A DNA stretch of 61,702 nt from positions 1 through 61,702 of IMG/VR virus record IMGVR_UViG_3300048011_000479; one strand, 5' to 3'. Both the position numbers and the translations under genes were made by a program. This stretch comes from a virus. Lineage: Duplodnaviria; Caudoviricetes. Numbering within the stretch: position 1 is the stretch's first letter; each line of letters starts with the position of its first letter. Of this stretch, positions 1 to 7,399 are shown one piece after another. The notes under the pieces were generated by a model. The model was not told the origin of the DNA and did no database searches. It worked only from the letters and a program-made list of their open reading frames with translations.

Positions 1-292
1 TGGTCTTACGACTCCTGCTGCTGATACATGGACTGTCAGATCTACTAGTATTGCAGAACCTAAAATACATATTGACGGTGGCGAGAATGGTAGTATGCGG
101 GTGGACGTTCCGTTAGTTGTAAATGGCAGAGATGTTATGCGAGAGATTGACGAAATGCGGGATGCTCTGTTATTATTAAAGCGTGACGTAGATATGGAAG
201 CAAAGTATCCTAAGTTGAAAGCAATAAAGGACGAATACGAACGTGCTCTTGACATGTATACAACATTCGAAACGATTAAGGAATCAAAATGA
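1..292 (+). CDS. hypothetical protein, probably 5'-truncated by the window
   Basis: The frame of ORF 95..292 has no stop back to position 2. Its stop overlaps the next start (ATGA). Confidence 0.6.
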   Translation, partial: GLTTPAADTWTVRSTSIAEPKIHIDGGENGSMRVDVPLVVNGRDVMREIDEMRDALLLLKRDVDMEAKYPKLKAIKDEYERALDMYTTFETIKESK

Positions 293-852
293 TTAAAAAA
301 CATTATTACTCATGGCAAGACGTAGAAAACGCTTGTGTTAACATTGCACTACAGATGTACAAAGATGCGTGGCGTCCTGATTATATTGTAGGCATTACAC
401 GCGGCGGCAATGTACCTGCTACTATTTTATCTAATATGCTAGATGTACGTTGCGAAGCACTAAAGGTAAGTTTGCGTGATGACAGCATGGGTCCAGAAAG
501 TAATCTTTGGATGGCAGAAGATGCGTTCGGATATGTTGATCAAGATGAACAAGAAACTCTAAAGTGTCGTTGGGATATTAGTAAGCGTAAAAACATTCTA
601 GTCGTAGATGACATCAACGATACTGGTGCTACGTTTAACTGGATCAAGGAAGATTGGCAGAGCAGTTGTTTGCCTAATGAAGAAAGTTGGAACACTGTAT
701 GGGAAGGTCCTAATGCAAACGTTCGCTTTGCTACTATTACAGAAAATTTAAGTAGCGAGTTTGGTAGTGTACGTTACAGTGTACACGAAGTTAACAAAGC
801 AGAAGAAGATGTTTGGTTAGTTTACCCTTGGGAGAATGTAGGTGGAATTTGA
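289..852 (+). CDS. type I phosphoribosyltransferase (Gpt/xanthine-guanine PRT-like)
   Basis: IVGITRGG loop, PRPP-binding motif ILVVDDINDTGATF, C-terminal WLVYPWE. Confidence 0.85.
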   Translation: MIKKHYYSWQDVENACVNIALQMYKDAWRPDYIVGITRGGNVPATILSNMLDVRCEALKVSLRDDSMGPESNLWMAEDAFGYVDQDEQETLKCRWDISKRKNILVVDDINDTGATFNWIKEDWQSSCLPNEESWNTVWEGPNANVRFATITENLSSEFGSVRYSVHEVNKAEEDVWLVYPWENVGGI

Positions 853-1216
853 CACCCTAGAAACGGCACAACAAGACAATCGAGCACCGTGGACTAACGT
901 AGAGCTTGACACACGCGACTTTGTTGTATATAATGACATATACCCTGTTACAGAAGGACATATGCTTGTAGTACCTAAAGTAAATCATCAAGACGCACTA
1001 ATGAAGTGTTTTAAATTTGCTGTTGCTATGGGTGAACAAAATGTAGAAACAACTAGTAACAATGTTACAGGTTATAATGTAGGAATTAACATGGGAGAAA
1101 GTGCAGGACAAACTTGCATGTATCCACATGTTCATCTAATCTTCCGTCGTGATGGAGACATGGAAGATCCGAAAGGCGGCGTAAGAGGCGTCATTCCATC
1201 AAAACAAAAATACTAA
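842..1216 (+). CDS. HIT-family nucleotide hydrolase
   Basis: DIYPVTEGHMLVVPK and GYNVGINMGESAGQTCMYPHVHLIFR. The first His of the triad is replaced by Tyr. Confidence 0.85.
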   Translation: MEFDTLETAQQDNRAPWTNVELDTRDFVVYNDIYPVTEGHMLVVPKVNHQDALMKCFKFAVAMGEQNVETTSNNVTGYNVGINMGESAGQTCMYPHVHLIFRRDGDMEDPKGGVRGVIPSKQKY

Positions 1217-1228
1217 GGAAAGGAATAT

Positions 1229-1438
1229 ATGGACTTGCGTAGAGAACTATTAAAAGCAACTAGAGATCATGCTCTAGGTCATGTTGAAAAACACAGAATG
1301 AATGTTGAAGTGTACCTTCATAACCCAGCAGGTATTGGTGAGCATCCTGATATTTTAGAAGCTATTGAAGCAGAAATGATGCAAATGGCAAAATATCAAG
1401 ACGTCTTGGAAATACTAGATGGCTATTTTGCAGAATAA
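1229..1438 (+). CDS. small phage hypothetical protein
   Basis: AAGGAAAGGA RBS; 69-aa ORF in the operon with NPAGIGEHPD motif. Confidence 0.7.
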   Translation: MDLRRELLKATRDHALGHVEKHRMNVEVYLHNPAGIGEHPDILEAIEAEMMQMAKYQDVLEILDGYFAE

Positions 1439-1440
1439 AC

Positions 1441-1469
1441 TTGACAATAAACCTAAATAAGTGTATACT
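1441..1469 (+). promoter_or_regulatory. sigma70-type promoter for folE, with a late-type CTAAATA in the spacer
   Basis: TTGACA(1441-46)-17 nt-TATACT(1464-69); CTAAATA at 1453-59. Confidence 0.75.
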
Positions 1470-1525
1470 ATGTATAATAATATGTAGTATACACGGCAAT
1501 CCTCTGCCTCAACATCGGAGATATA

Positions 1526-2215
1526 ATGAAAATGAGCAAAGCATTACAAATTAAAAGCAAGCTAGAAGACGCAGGCTTACGCTACTGGGCAGGAGATAAT
1601 ATCTCTCAAGTCCTACAGAAAGGCGATAAGGAAGAACTTATCGAAGGCGCAACTGAAGCATTTGAAAATGTATTAGATGCACTAGTAATTGATCGACATA
1701 ACGATCCTAACTCGCACGGCACAGCACGTCGACTGGCTAAGATGTACTTTAATGAAATTATGGCAGGACGTTATGATCCTATGCCTAGCGCAACAGCATT
1801 TCCTAATGATAGCGATGAACGTTACGAAGGTATGCTAGTAGTGCGTTCAGAACTAAAGAGCATGTGTAGTCATCATCACCAGCCAGTAAGCGGTGTAGCG
1901 TACATTGGTATTATTGCCGCAGACAAACTTATTGGGCTGAGCAAGTACACACGTATTGCACAGTGGTGCGCTCGACGTGGCACACTACAAGAAGAACTTG
2001 CAAATGATATTGCACGTGAGATACAAAATGCAACAGGTGCAGAACACTTGGGTGTTTACATTCAAGCAACACACGGTTGTTGTGAGAATCGAGGCATTAT
2101 GGCGCATAGCAGTCTTACACAAACAACTGTACTAAAAGGTGCGTTTAAAGATGATGCAGGTACAAAGAAAGAGTTCTTTGACAACATCAAACTACAACAG
2201 GAGTTTAGTTGCTAA
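1526..2215 (+). CDS. folE: GTP cyclohydrolase I
   Basis: TARRLAKMY, SMCSHH Zn ligands, IGLSKYTRIA, LQEEL, HGCCENRG. Confidence 0.95.
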   Translation: MKMSKALQIKSKLEDAGLRYWAGDNISQVLQKGDKEELIEGATEAFENVLDALVIDRHNDPNSHGTARRLAKMYFNEIMAGRYDPMPSATAFPNDSDERYEGMLVVRSELKSMCSHHHQPVSGVAYIGIIAADKLIGLSKYTRIAQWCARRGTLQEELANDIAREIQNATGAEHLGVYIQATHGCCENRGIMAHSSLTQTTVLKGAFKDDAGTKKEFFDNIKLQQEFSC

Positions 2216-3108
2216 TGAAGTTACGATATTCAGAAGCGTTTTATAGCGTACAAGGTGAAGGTAAGTTTGTAGGAGTACCTAGTGTGTTCTTACGTACATT
2301 TGGTTGTAACTTTCGTTGCATGAACTTTGGGTTAAAGGATGAGCCCATGCGTGACGAAAAACTAAAGCAAGGCATTAAACACAATCAAGAAGTTGCAGAT
2401 CTTATTGCTAAAGATGTTCATAAGACTACAAAAGAGTTTAACGACTTGCCTATTATACACACAGGCTGTGACACTTATGCAAGTATCTATCCTGAGTTTA
2501 AACACTTTAACAAACAAGCAGAAGTTGAAGAAGTAGTTGAACATCTGCTATCACTCACACCTAATGGTAAGTGGGTACAGGACAATGGACAAGATGTTCA
2601 TTTGATTTTAACAGGAGGCGAGCCGTTGTTAGCGTGGCAACGACTGTATGTAGAACTGTTCGAACATCCACGTATGCGAGACTTAAAAAATGTTACATTT
2701 GAAACAAACACTACACAAAACTTACACGATGATTTTAAAAATTATCTTATCAATCAAGACAGATTTACAGTCACTTGGAGTTGTTCCCCAAAACTTAGCG
2801 TTAGCGGAGAACCTTGGGAAACTGCTATTAAGCCTGACGTTGCTAGTGAGTATAGCAGTATTAACGGCAGTGACATGTATCTTAAGTTTGTTGTCGCTAC
2901 TCAAGATGACTTTGAAGAAGTTGAAAGAGCTGTGGACGCTTACAGAAGTGCCGGGGTACAATGTCCGGTTTATCTTATGCCGTTGGGCGGACGCAGTGAA
3001 GAATATTCCCTCAACGTTAAAGATGTGGCAGAGGCGTGTATGGAAAAAGGATGGCGATTTACCCCAAGACTCCACATATCCTTATTCGGAAATGCATGGG
3101 GGACTTGA
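2215..3108 (+). CDS. queE: 7-carboxy-7-deazaguanine synthase (radical SAM)
   Basis: YSEAFYSVQGEG, FLRTFGCNFRC...GCDT, TGGEPL, FETN, SCSPKL, FTPRLH. ATG 2215 is coupled to the folE stop (TAATG). Confidence 0.9.
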   Translation: MKLRYSEAFYSVQGEGKFVGVPSVFLRTFGCNFRCMNFGLKDEPMRDEKLKQGIKHNQEVADLIAKDVHKTTKEFNDLPIIHTGCDTYASIYPEFKHFNKQAEVEEVVEHLLSLTPNGKWVQDNGQDVHLILTGGEPLLAWQRLYVELFEHPRMRDLKNVTFETNTTQNLHDDFKNYLINQDRFTVTWSCSPKLSVSGEPWETAIKPDVASEYSSINGSDMYLKFVVATQDDFEEVERAVDAYRSAGVQCPVYLMPLGGRSEEYSLNVKDVAEACMEKGWRFTPRLHISLFGNAWGT

Positions 3109-3208
3109 GAATGCTTTTGATCCAGAAGAATTTATTAACGAACAGCACGAGCGAGCTATGAAGAAAAAAGTTACACTCGAAGATCGTGCAAGGGAGGCAG
3201 GACTATAA
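3092..3208 (+). CDS. putative 38-aa small protein (MHGGLENAFDPEEF...AREAGL)
   Basis: ATG at 3092 after CGGAA; fills the gap between queE and the next gene; TAA overlaps the next ATG. Confidence 0.4.
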   Translation: MHGGLENAFDPEEFINEQHERAMKKKVTLEDRAREAGL

Positions 3209-3624
3209 TGGGATGGTGGAATAAAAAAGTAAGAGACTTAACAGGCATTACTGCTAAGGAAGAAGCATTGGCAGCTGAAGAAGCACGTATTGCTGAAGAA
3301 GAAATGAAACTTCTTAAAAAGAAAGATCCTAAAGAATATGCTACAAGACGCAAAGAGGCTTGGGTAAGTGTATTAGATGTTAAAGTTAATCAAGAGAACG
3401 TTCGTAACGGTTTCTTTGAAATGGATTGGAATGAATATTTTATTAAAGATCTTATTCGTGCAGGCTACGGCGAAAAAGGCGATCTAGAAGAAGAAATTGT
3501 AGATCGTTGGTTCCGTGATATTGTATACGGTATGCTCGAACAAGAAGGAATTGATCCTAGTGACCGCAGTGCAGGATATATCAATGTTACTTCTATTGAT
3601 AAAGGTAAGGCAGAAGTATCTTAA
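3208..3624 (+). CDS. hypothetical protein
   Basis: 138-aa ORF, GGAGG/AGGA RBS, TAATG coupling. Confidence 0.75.
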   Translation: MGWWNKKVRDLTGITAKEEALAAEEARIAEEEMKLLKKKDPKEYATRRKEAWVSVLDVKVNQENVRNGFFEMDWNEYFIKDLIRAGYGEKGDLEEEIVDRWFRDIVYGMLEQEGIDPSDRSAGYINVTSIDKGKAEVS

Positions 3625-3627
3625 TGA

Positions 3628-3656
3628 TTGACTTGAGACATATTAGAGTGTATACT
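3628..3656 (+). promoter_or_regulatory. sigma70-type promoter
   Basis: TTGACT(3628-33)-17 nt-TATACT(3651-56). Confidence 0.75.
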
Positions 3657-3688
3657 TTATATAACAATAGACAATTAAAGGCAATATA

Positions 3689-4672
3689 ATGGCGACTTAT
3701 ATACTAGTAGATACAGCAAACACTTTCTTTAGAGCTCGACACGTAGTACGTGGCGATGTAGATACTAAATTAGGTATGGCACTACATATCACACTTAACA
3801 GTGTTAAGAAAGCATGGACTGATTTTAATGCAGATCATGTTGTATTTTGTTTAGAAGGTCGTTCTTGGCGTAAGGACTATTACGAACCTTATAAGCGTAA
3901 TAGACAACAAACTCGAGATGCAATGACACCTACACAGCAAGAAGAAGATACGCTGTTTTGGGAAATCTTTGACGAGTTTAAAGACTTTATTGGTGAGAAA
4001 ACAAATTGTACGTCAATACGACATCCGCAACTAGAAGCAGATGATTTAATTGCTGGTTGGGTACAAGCACACCCTAATGACAAACATGTTATTATTAGTA
4101 CTGATGGTGACTTTGCACAGTTAATTGCTCCTAACGTAAAGCAATACAACGGTGTAAGCAATACAACTATTACACACGAAGGTTACTTTGACGACAAAGG
4201 CGAGCCTGTAATTGACAAGAAAACTAAAGAAGCAAAGCCTGCGCCAGATCCTGCATTTATGTTGTTTGAAAAGTGTATGCGTGGTGACACAAGTGATAAC
4301 GTGTTTAGTGCATATCCAGGTGTACGTAAAAAAGGCACTAAGAACAAAGTTGGACTGATTGAAGCATTTGAAGATAAACAAACAAAAGGCTATAACTGGA
4401 ACAATATGATGCTACAACGTTGGGTAGATCATGAAGGCGTTGAACATCGTGTACTAGATGATTACAATCGAAATGTTACACTTTGTGATTTAACTGCACA
4501 GCCTGCAGAAATTAGAGAGATAATTAATAACACTATTGCAGAAATAGAACCTAAAGAAGTGTCACAAGTTGGCATGCGTCTTATGAAGTTCTGTGCTAAG
4601 TGGGATATGCAACGTATTGCAGATCAAGCGGCACAATATGCACAACCATTACAAGCGAGGTATCCTAAATGA
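3689..4672 (+). CDS. rnh: T4 RNase H-like 5'-3' exonuclease/flap endonuclease
   Basis: ILVD, LEADDLIA, IISTDGDFAQL, GDTSDNV..YPGV motifs of the FEN/5'-nuclease family. Confidence 0.88.
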   Translation: MATYILVDTANTFFRARHVVRGDVDTKLGMALHITLNSVKKAWTDFNADHVVFCLEGRSWRKDYYEPYKRNRQQTRDAMTPTQQEEDTLFWEIFDEFKDFIGEKTNCTSIRHPQLEADDLIAGWVQAHPNDKHVIISTDGDFAQLIAPNVKQYNGVSNTTITHEGYFDDKGEPVIDKKTKEAKPAPDPAFMLFEKCMRGDTSDNVFSAYPGVRKKGTKNKVGLIEAFEDKQTKGYNWNNMMLQRWVDHEGVEHRVLDDYNRNVTLCDLTAQPAEIREIINNTIAEIEPKEVSQVGMRLMKFCAKWDMQRIADQAAQYAQPLQARYPK

Positions 4673-5142
4673 TAAAAACAAAAACTATTCTTAAAGATAA
4701 ATTTTGGATATTAGAAGAGCAAGGTGTAAGAGTAGGTACACTAAGTATTTCTGAAGATAAATTTATGTTCAGTGGTCCTAGCGGAACAAAATACTTTGAC
4801 AGTGAAAATGCGTTAAAGAAAACTTTTGGCAAAGGTGTTATGATTAATGAAGTACCTATCCAAGAAGAACAAGACAGTGTTGAGAAAGAAGCATACGGGT
4901 ATCCAACTAGTACTACTCCGTATAATCCTATGTTAGATATACAGCGTAAACTTCCATTGTTTACTAAGAGCGCAAAAAGTAAAAGTTTATATTGCGCAGG
5001 ATTTTATATTATTCATTTCGACAAAGGTTGGGTTAAAAGTTTTTGTCCTAAACAAATTACAGTAGAACGTTACGAAACTAAAGGACCGTTTAAAACAGAA
5101 ATCGAAATGCGTACAGCACTGAGTAAAGCAAATGCAAAATGA
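4669..5142 (+). CDS. hypothetical protein
   Basis: 157-aa ORF, ATGA-coupled to rnh. Confidence 0.75.
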   Translation: MIKTKTILKDKFWILEEQGVRVGTLSISEDKFMFSGPSGTKYFDSENALKKTFGKGVMINEVPIQEEQDSVEKEAYGYPTSTTPYNPMLDIQRKLPLFTKSAKSKSLYCAGFYIIHFDKGWVKSFCPKQITVERYETKGPFKTEIEMRTALSKANAK

Positions 5143-5368
5143 TCCGTTAAACACTGCTCCAATACAGCAGTTTATTCAACAAGTAAAAAATGCTGATTTA
5201 AGCAATTCTAAAGAAGTTAAATTAAGTATTACACAAGCAAAAAATCTAGCGTATACACTAGGAATCGCAATGGCTAGACTAGAGGGCGATCTCGAACGAT
5301 ATGTTAAGGAAAACTCTAGTGGCGGCCCTGTTGAAGTGCAACTAGACGGCGGAACTGGCTGGAAGTAA
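5132..5368 (+). CDS. hypothetical protein
   Basis: 78-aa ORF overlapping the upstream stop. Confidence 0.7.
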   Translation: MQNDPLNTAPIQQFIQQVKNADLSNSKEVKLSITQAKNLAYTLGIAMARLEGDLERYVKENSSGGPVEVQLDGGTGWK

Positions 5369-5381
5369 ACTACGTAGATAA
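5366..5381. promoter_or_regulatory. 16-bp pseudo-palindromic operator-like motif
   Basis: TAAAC-TACGTA-GATAA; 15/16 identical to the reverse complement of 46259-46274. Confidence 0.55.
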
Positions 5382-5393
5382 CTTCAAAAAAAG

Positions 5394-5400
5394 ATAAATA
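5394..5400 (+). promoter_or_regulatory. T4-type late promoter -10 element
   Basis: gATAAATA upstream of ORF 5431 (T4 consensus TATAAATA). Confidence 0.6.
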
Positions 5401-5413
5401 TATGCGTATATAA
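5398..5413. promoter_or_regulatory. operator-like motif copy
   Basis: Reverse complement TTATA-TACGCA-TATAT. Confidence 0.45.
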
Positions 5414-5430
5414 TTAAGGAGTATACGTAT

Positions 5431-5721
5431 ATGAGCAGACCAAAGCCAACCGTATTATTAGAATACATTGATAAGAAAACTTACAGGGCAGAGCAAGTCC
5501 TAGATGCGGAGGCAATTTGGGCAGTGTTCTTCAACGGCAAACCTTTTAATCTAAAGAGCTTAAATTCTATCACAAACTATCCCGGACCTAAATATAAAAA
5601 AGTTTCATTTTCTAATCCCGGACATGCACATAACTTGGCGTCTAAGTTAAACGACATGTTTAATACAGACGAATTTGCGGTATATAAGTTAACAGCAGGC
5701 GAATTAGAAACAGAAGAATGA
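5431..5721 (+). CDS. hypothetical protein (candidate regulator)
   Basis: 96-aa ORF, TAAGGAG RBS, preceded by a late promoter and operator-like sites. Confidence 0.75.
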   Translation: MSRPKPTVLLEYIDKKTYRAEQVLDAEAIWAVFFNGKPFNLKSLNSITNYPGPKYKKVSFSNPGHAHNLASKLNDMFNTDEFAVYKLTAGELETEE

Positions 5722-6098
5722 ACTGGAAAGAAACATATACCAAAATATTTTTAAATCAACTAGGAAAGACTTCAAACGATATAACCGTAAAAGAGTACTT
5801 TCCGTTATGGTGGAAAAATACTAGAGAAACCGGCGGACTTCGTTTAACAGACGAAGGCTTTGATATTCTGACCGAAATTGAATTAGCAACATACGAAGTG
5901 CCGTTTCCTAAAGAAATGCCTGTTACTACACAAGTTATTATATTTTTAGACAAGTTTATCGACTGTCCGTACTACCTTACTAATAGAGCAATACACGTAA
6001 CGAGCGAAAAGAAAGCAATGGAACTGCATCTTTTTAGCGGTGACTTACGCAAGTATGGCTTAACCAAAGCTATGAATCGGCAAGAAAAATCCAAATAA
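5718..6098 (+). CDS. hypothetical protein
   Basis: 126-aa ORF, ATGA-coupled. Confidence 0.75.
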   Translation: MNWKETYTKIFLNQLGKTSNDITVKEYFPLWWKNTRETGGLRLTDEGFDILTEIELATYEVPFPKEMPVTTQVIIFLDKFIDCPYYLTNRAIHVTSEKKAMELHLFSGDLRKYGLTKAMNRQEKSK

Positions 6099-6112
6099 AC
6101 CTTTAAAAGAGG

Positions 6113-6141
6113 TTGACTTTCGCCTCATATGAGCGTATTAT
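6113..6141 (+). promoter_or_regulatory. sigma70-type promoter
   Basis: TTGACT(6113-18)-17 nt-TATTAT(6136-41). Confidence 0.65.
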
Positions 6142-6197
6142 ATATACATAGTTAGAAATAACTTACGCACTGATTTATGTTATATGAGGAATATGAA

Positions 6198-7286
6198 ATG
6201 GATAACGTAGCAATTCGCACAACAAGCCCAAACAAGGCAAAAACTAGCATTACACATGCAATGAAAAAGAAGCGTCCAATCTTTCTTTGGGGGCCTCCAG
6301 GTATTGGTAAAAGTGAAGTAGTTGAACAAATTACTAATAGCTTGCCTAACTCACACCTAATTGACATTCGTTTGAGTCTTTGGGAACCTACAGACATTAA
6401 AGGTATTCCATACTTCGACAGCAACTCAGGTACAATGGTTTGGGGTGCGCCTAGCGAACTGCCAAGCGAAGAGTTTGCGGCACAATATGATAACATTGTT
6501 CTTTTCCTAGATGAAATGAACTCTGCGGCACCTAGTGTACAAGCGGCAGCATACCAACTTATTCTTAATCGTCGTGTAGGACAGTACAAACTGCCAGACA
6601 ACGTAATGATTGTTGCGGCAGGTAACCGTGACGCTGACAAGGGTGTTACATATCGTATGCCAGCACCGTTGGCTAACCGTTTTGTTCACTTAGAGCTTTC
6701 TGTATCATTTGATGATTGGTTTGAGTGGGCAGTTAATAACAATATTCACAAAGACGTTGTAGGTTTCCTACAGTTTAGCAAGAAAGACTTGTACGACTTT
6801 GATCCTAAAAGCCCTTCACGTTCGTTTGCAACACCGCGTTCTTGGACATTTGTTTCAGAATTGCTTGAAGACGAGCTAGACAACGAAACTACTACTGATT
6901 TGGTTAGTGGTTCAATTGGTGAAGGACTTGCCATTAAGTTTATGGCACACCGTAAAGTAGCGGCATCTATGCCTAACCCAAGTGACATTTTGTCAGGTAA
7001 GGTTAAAGAACTGAAACAGACTGAAATCAGTGCAATGTATTCCTTAACTGTTTCACTTTGCTACGAACTAAAAGAAGCGTCGGACGCAAACGACAAGAAG
7101 TTTGATGACATGGTTAATAACTTCCTACGCTTTGCAATGGACAATTTTGAAACTGAGCTAGTTGTAATGGGTGTTAAGGTTGCACTTACTCAGTATGCAT
7201 TGCCCATTGACCCAGACGAAGTAGAATGCTTTGATGAATTCCACGATCGTTATGGCAAGTATATTAAGGCAGCACAGCAGTCTTAA
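6198..7286 (+). CDS. MoxR-like AAA+ ATPase
   Basis: Walker A WGPPGIGKS, Walker B VLFLDEMN, AAGN sensor, PLANRF arginine finger, TPRSW. Start moved to ATG 6198 after GAGGA. Confidence 0.88.
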   Translation: MDNVAIRTTSPNKAKTSITHAMKKKRPIFLWGPPGIGKSEVVEQITNSLPNSHLIDIRLSLWEPTDIKGIPYFDSNSGTMVWGAPSELPSEEFAAQYDNIVLFLDEMNSAAPSVQAAAYQLILNRRVGQYKLPDNVMIVAAGNRDADKGVTYRMPAPLANRFVHLELSVSFDDWFEWAVNNNIHKDVVGFLQFSKKDLYDFDPKSPSRSFATPRSWTFVSELLEDELDNETTTDLVSGSIGEGLAIKFMAHRKVAASMPNPSDILSGKVKELKQTEISAMYSLTVSLCYELKEASDANDKKFDDMVNNFLRFAMDNFETELVVMGVKVALTQYALPIDPDEVECFDEFHDRYGKYIKAAQQS

Positions 7287-7303
7287 TATGGTGTACCGGG
7301 TTC

Positions 7304-7335
7304 GGGCGATTATCCTTCAAAATCGCCCATTTTTT
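7304..7335 (+). terminator. intrinsic terminator
   Basis: GGGCGATT/AATCGCCC stem followed by a T6 tract. Confidence 0.7.
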
Positions 7336-7336
7336 C

Positions 7337-7365
7337 TTGACAAACTCGTTAAATAATAGTATACT
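7337..7365 (+). promoter_or_regulatory. sigma70-type promoter (TTAAATA in the spacer)
   Basis: TTGACA(7337-42)-17 nt-TATACT(7360-65). Confidence 0.75.
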
Positions 7366-7399
7366 ATATGTATAGAAACTAGCAAAGAGAGTAGGGCAA

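Noticed and set aside
2690-3208. 172-aa +1-frame ORF overlapping queE
   Set aside because: Mostly a shadow of queE; only the 3' 38 codons from ATG 3092 are plausible
7287-7335. GC-rich GGTTCG-containing stretch as a tRNA
   Set aside because: Too short and no cloverleaf; explained by the terminator hairpin
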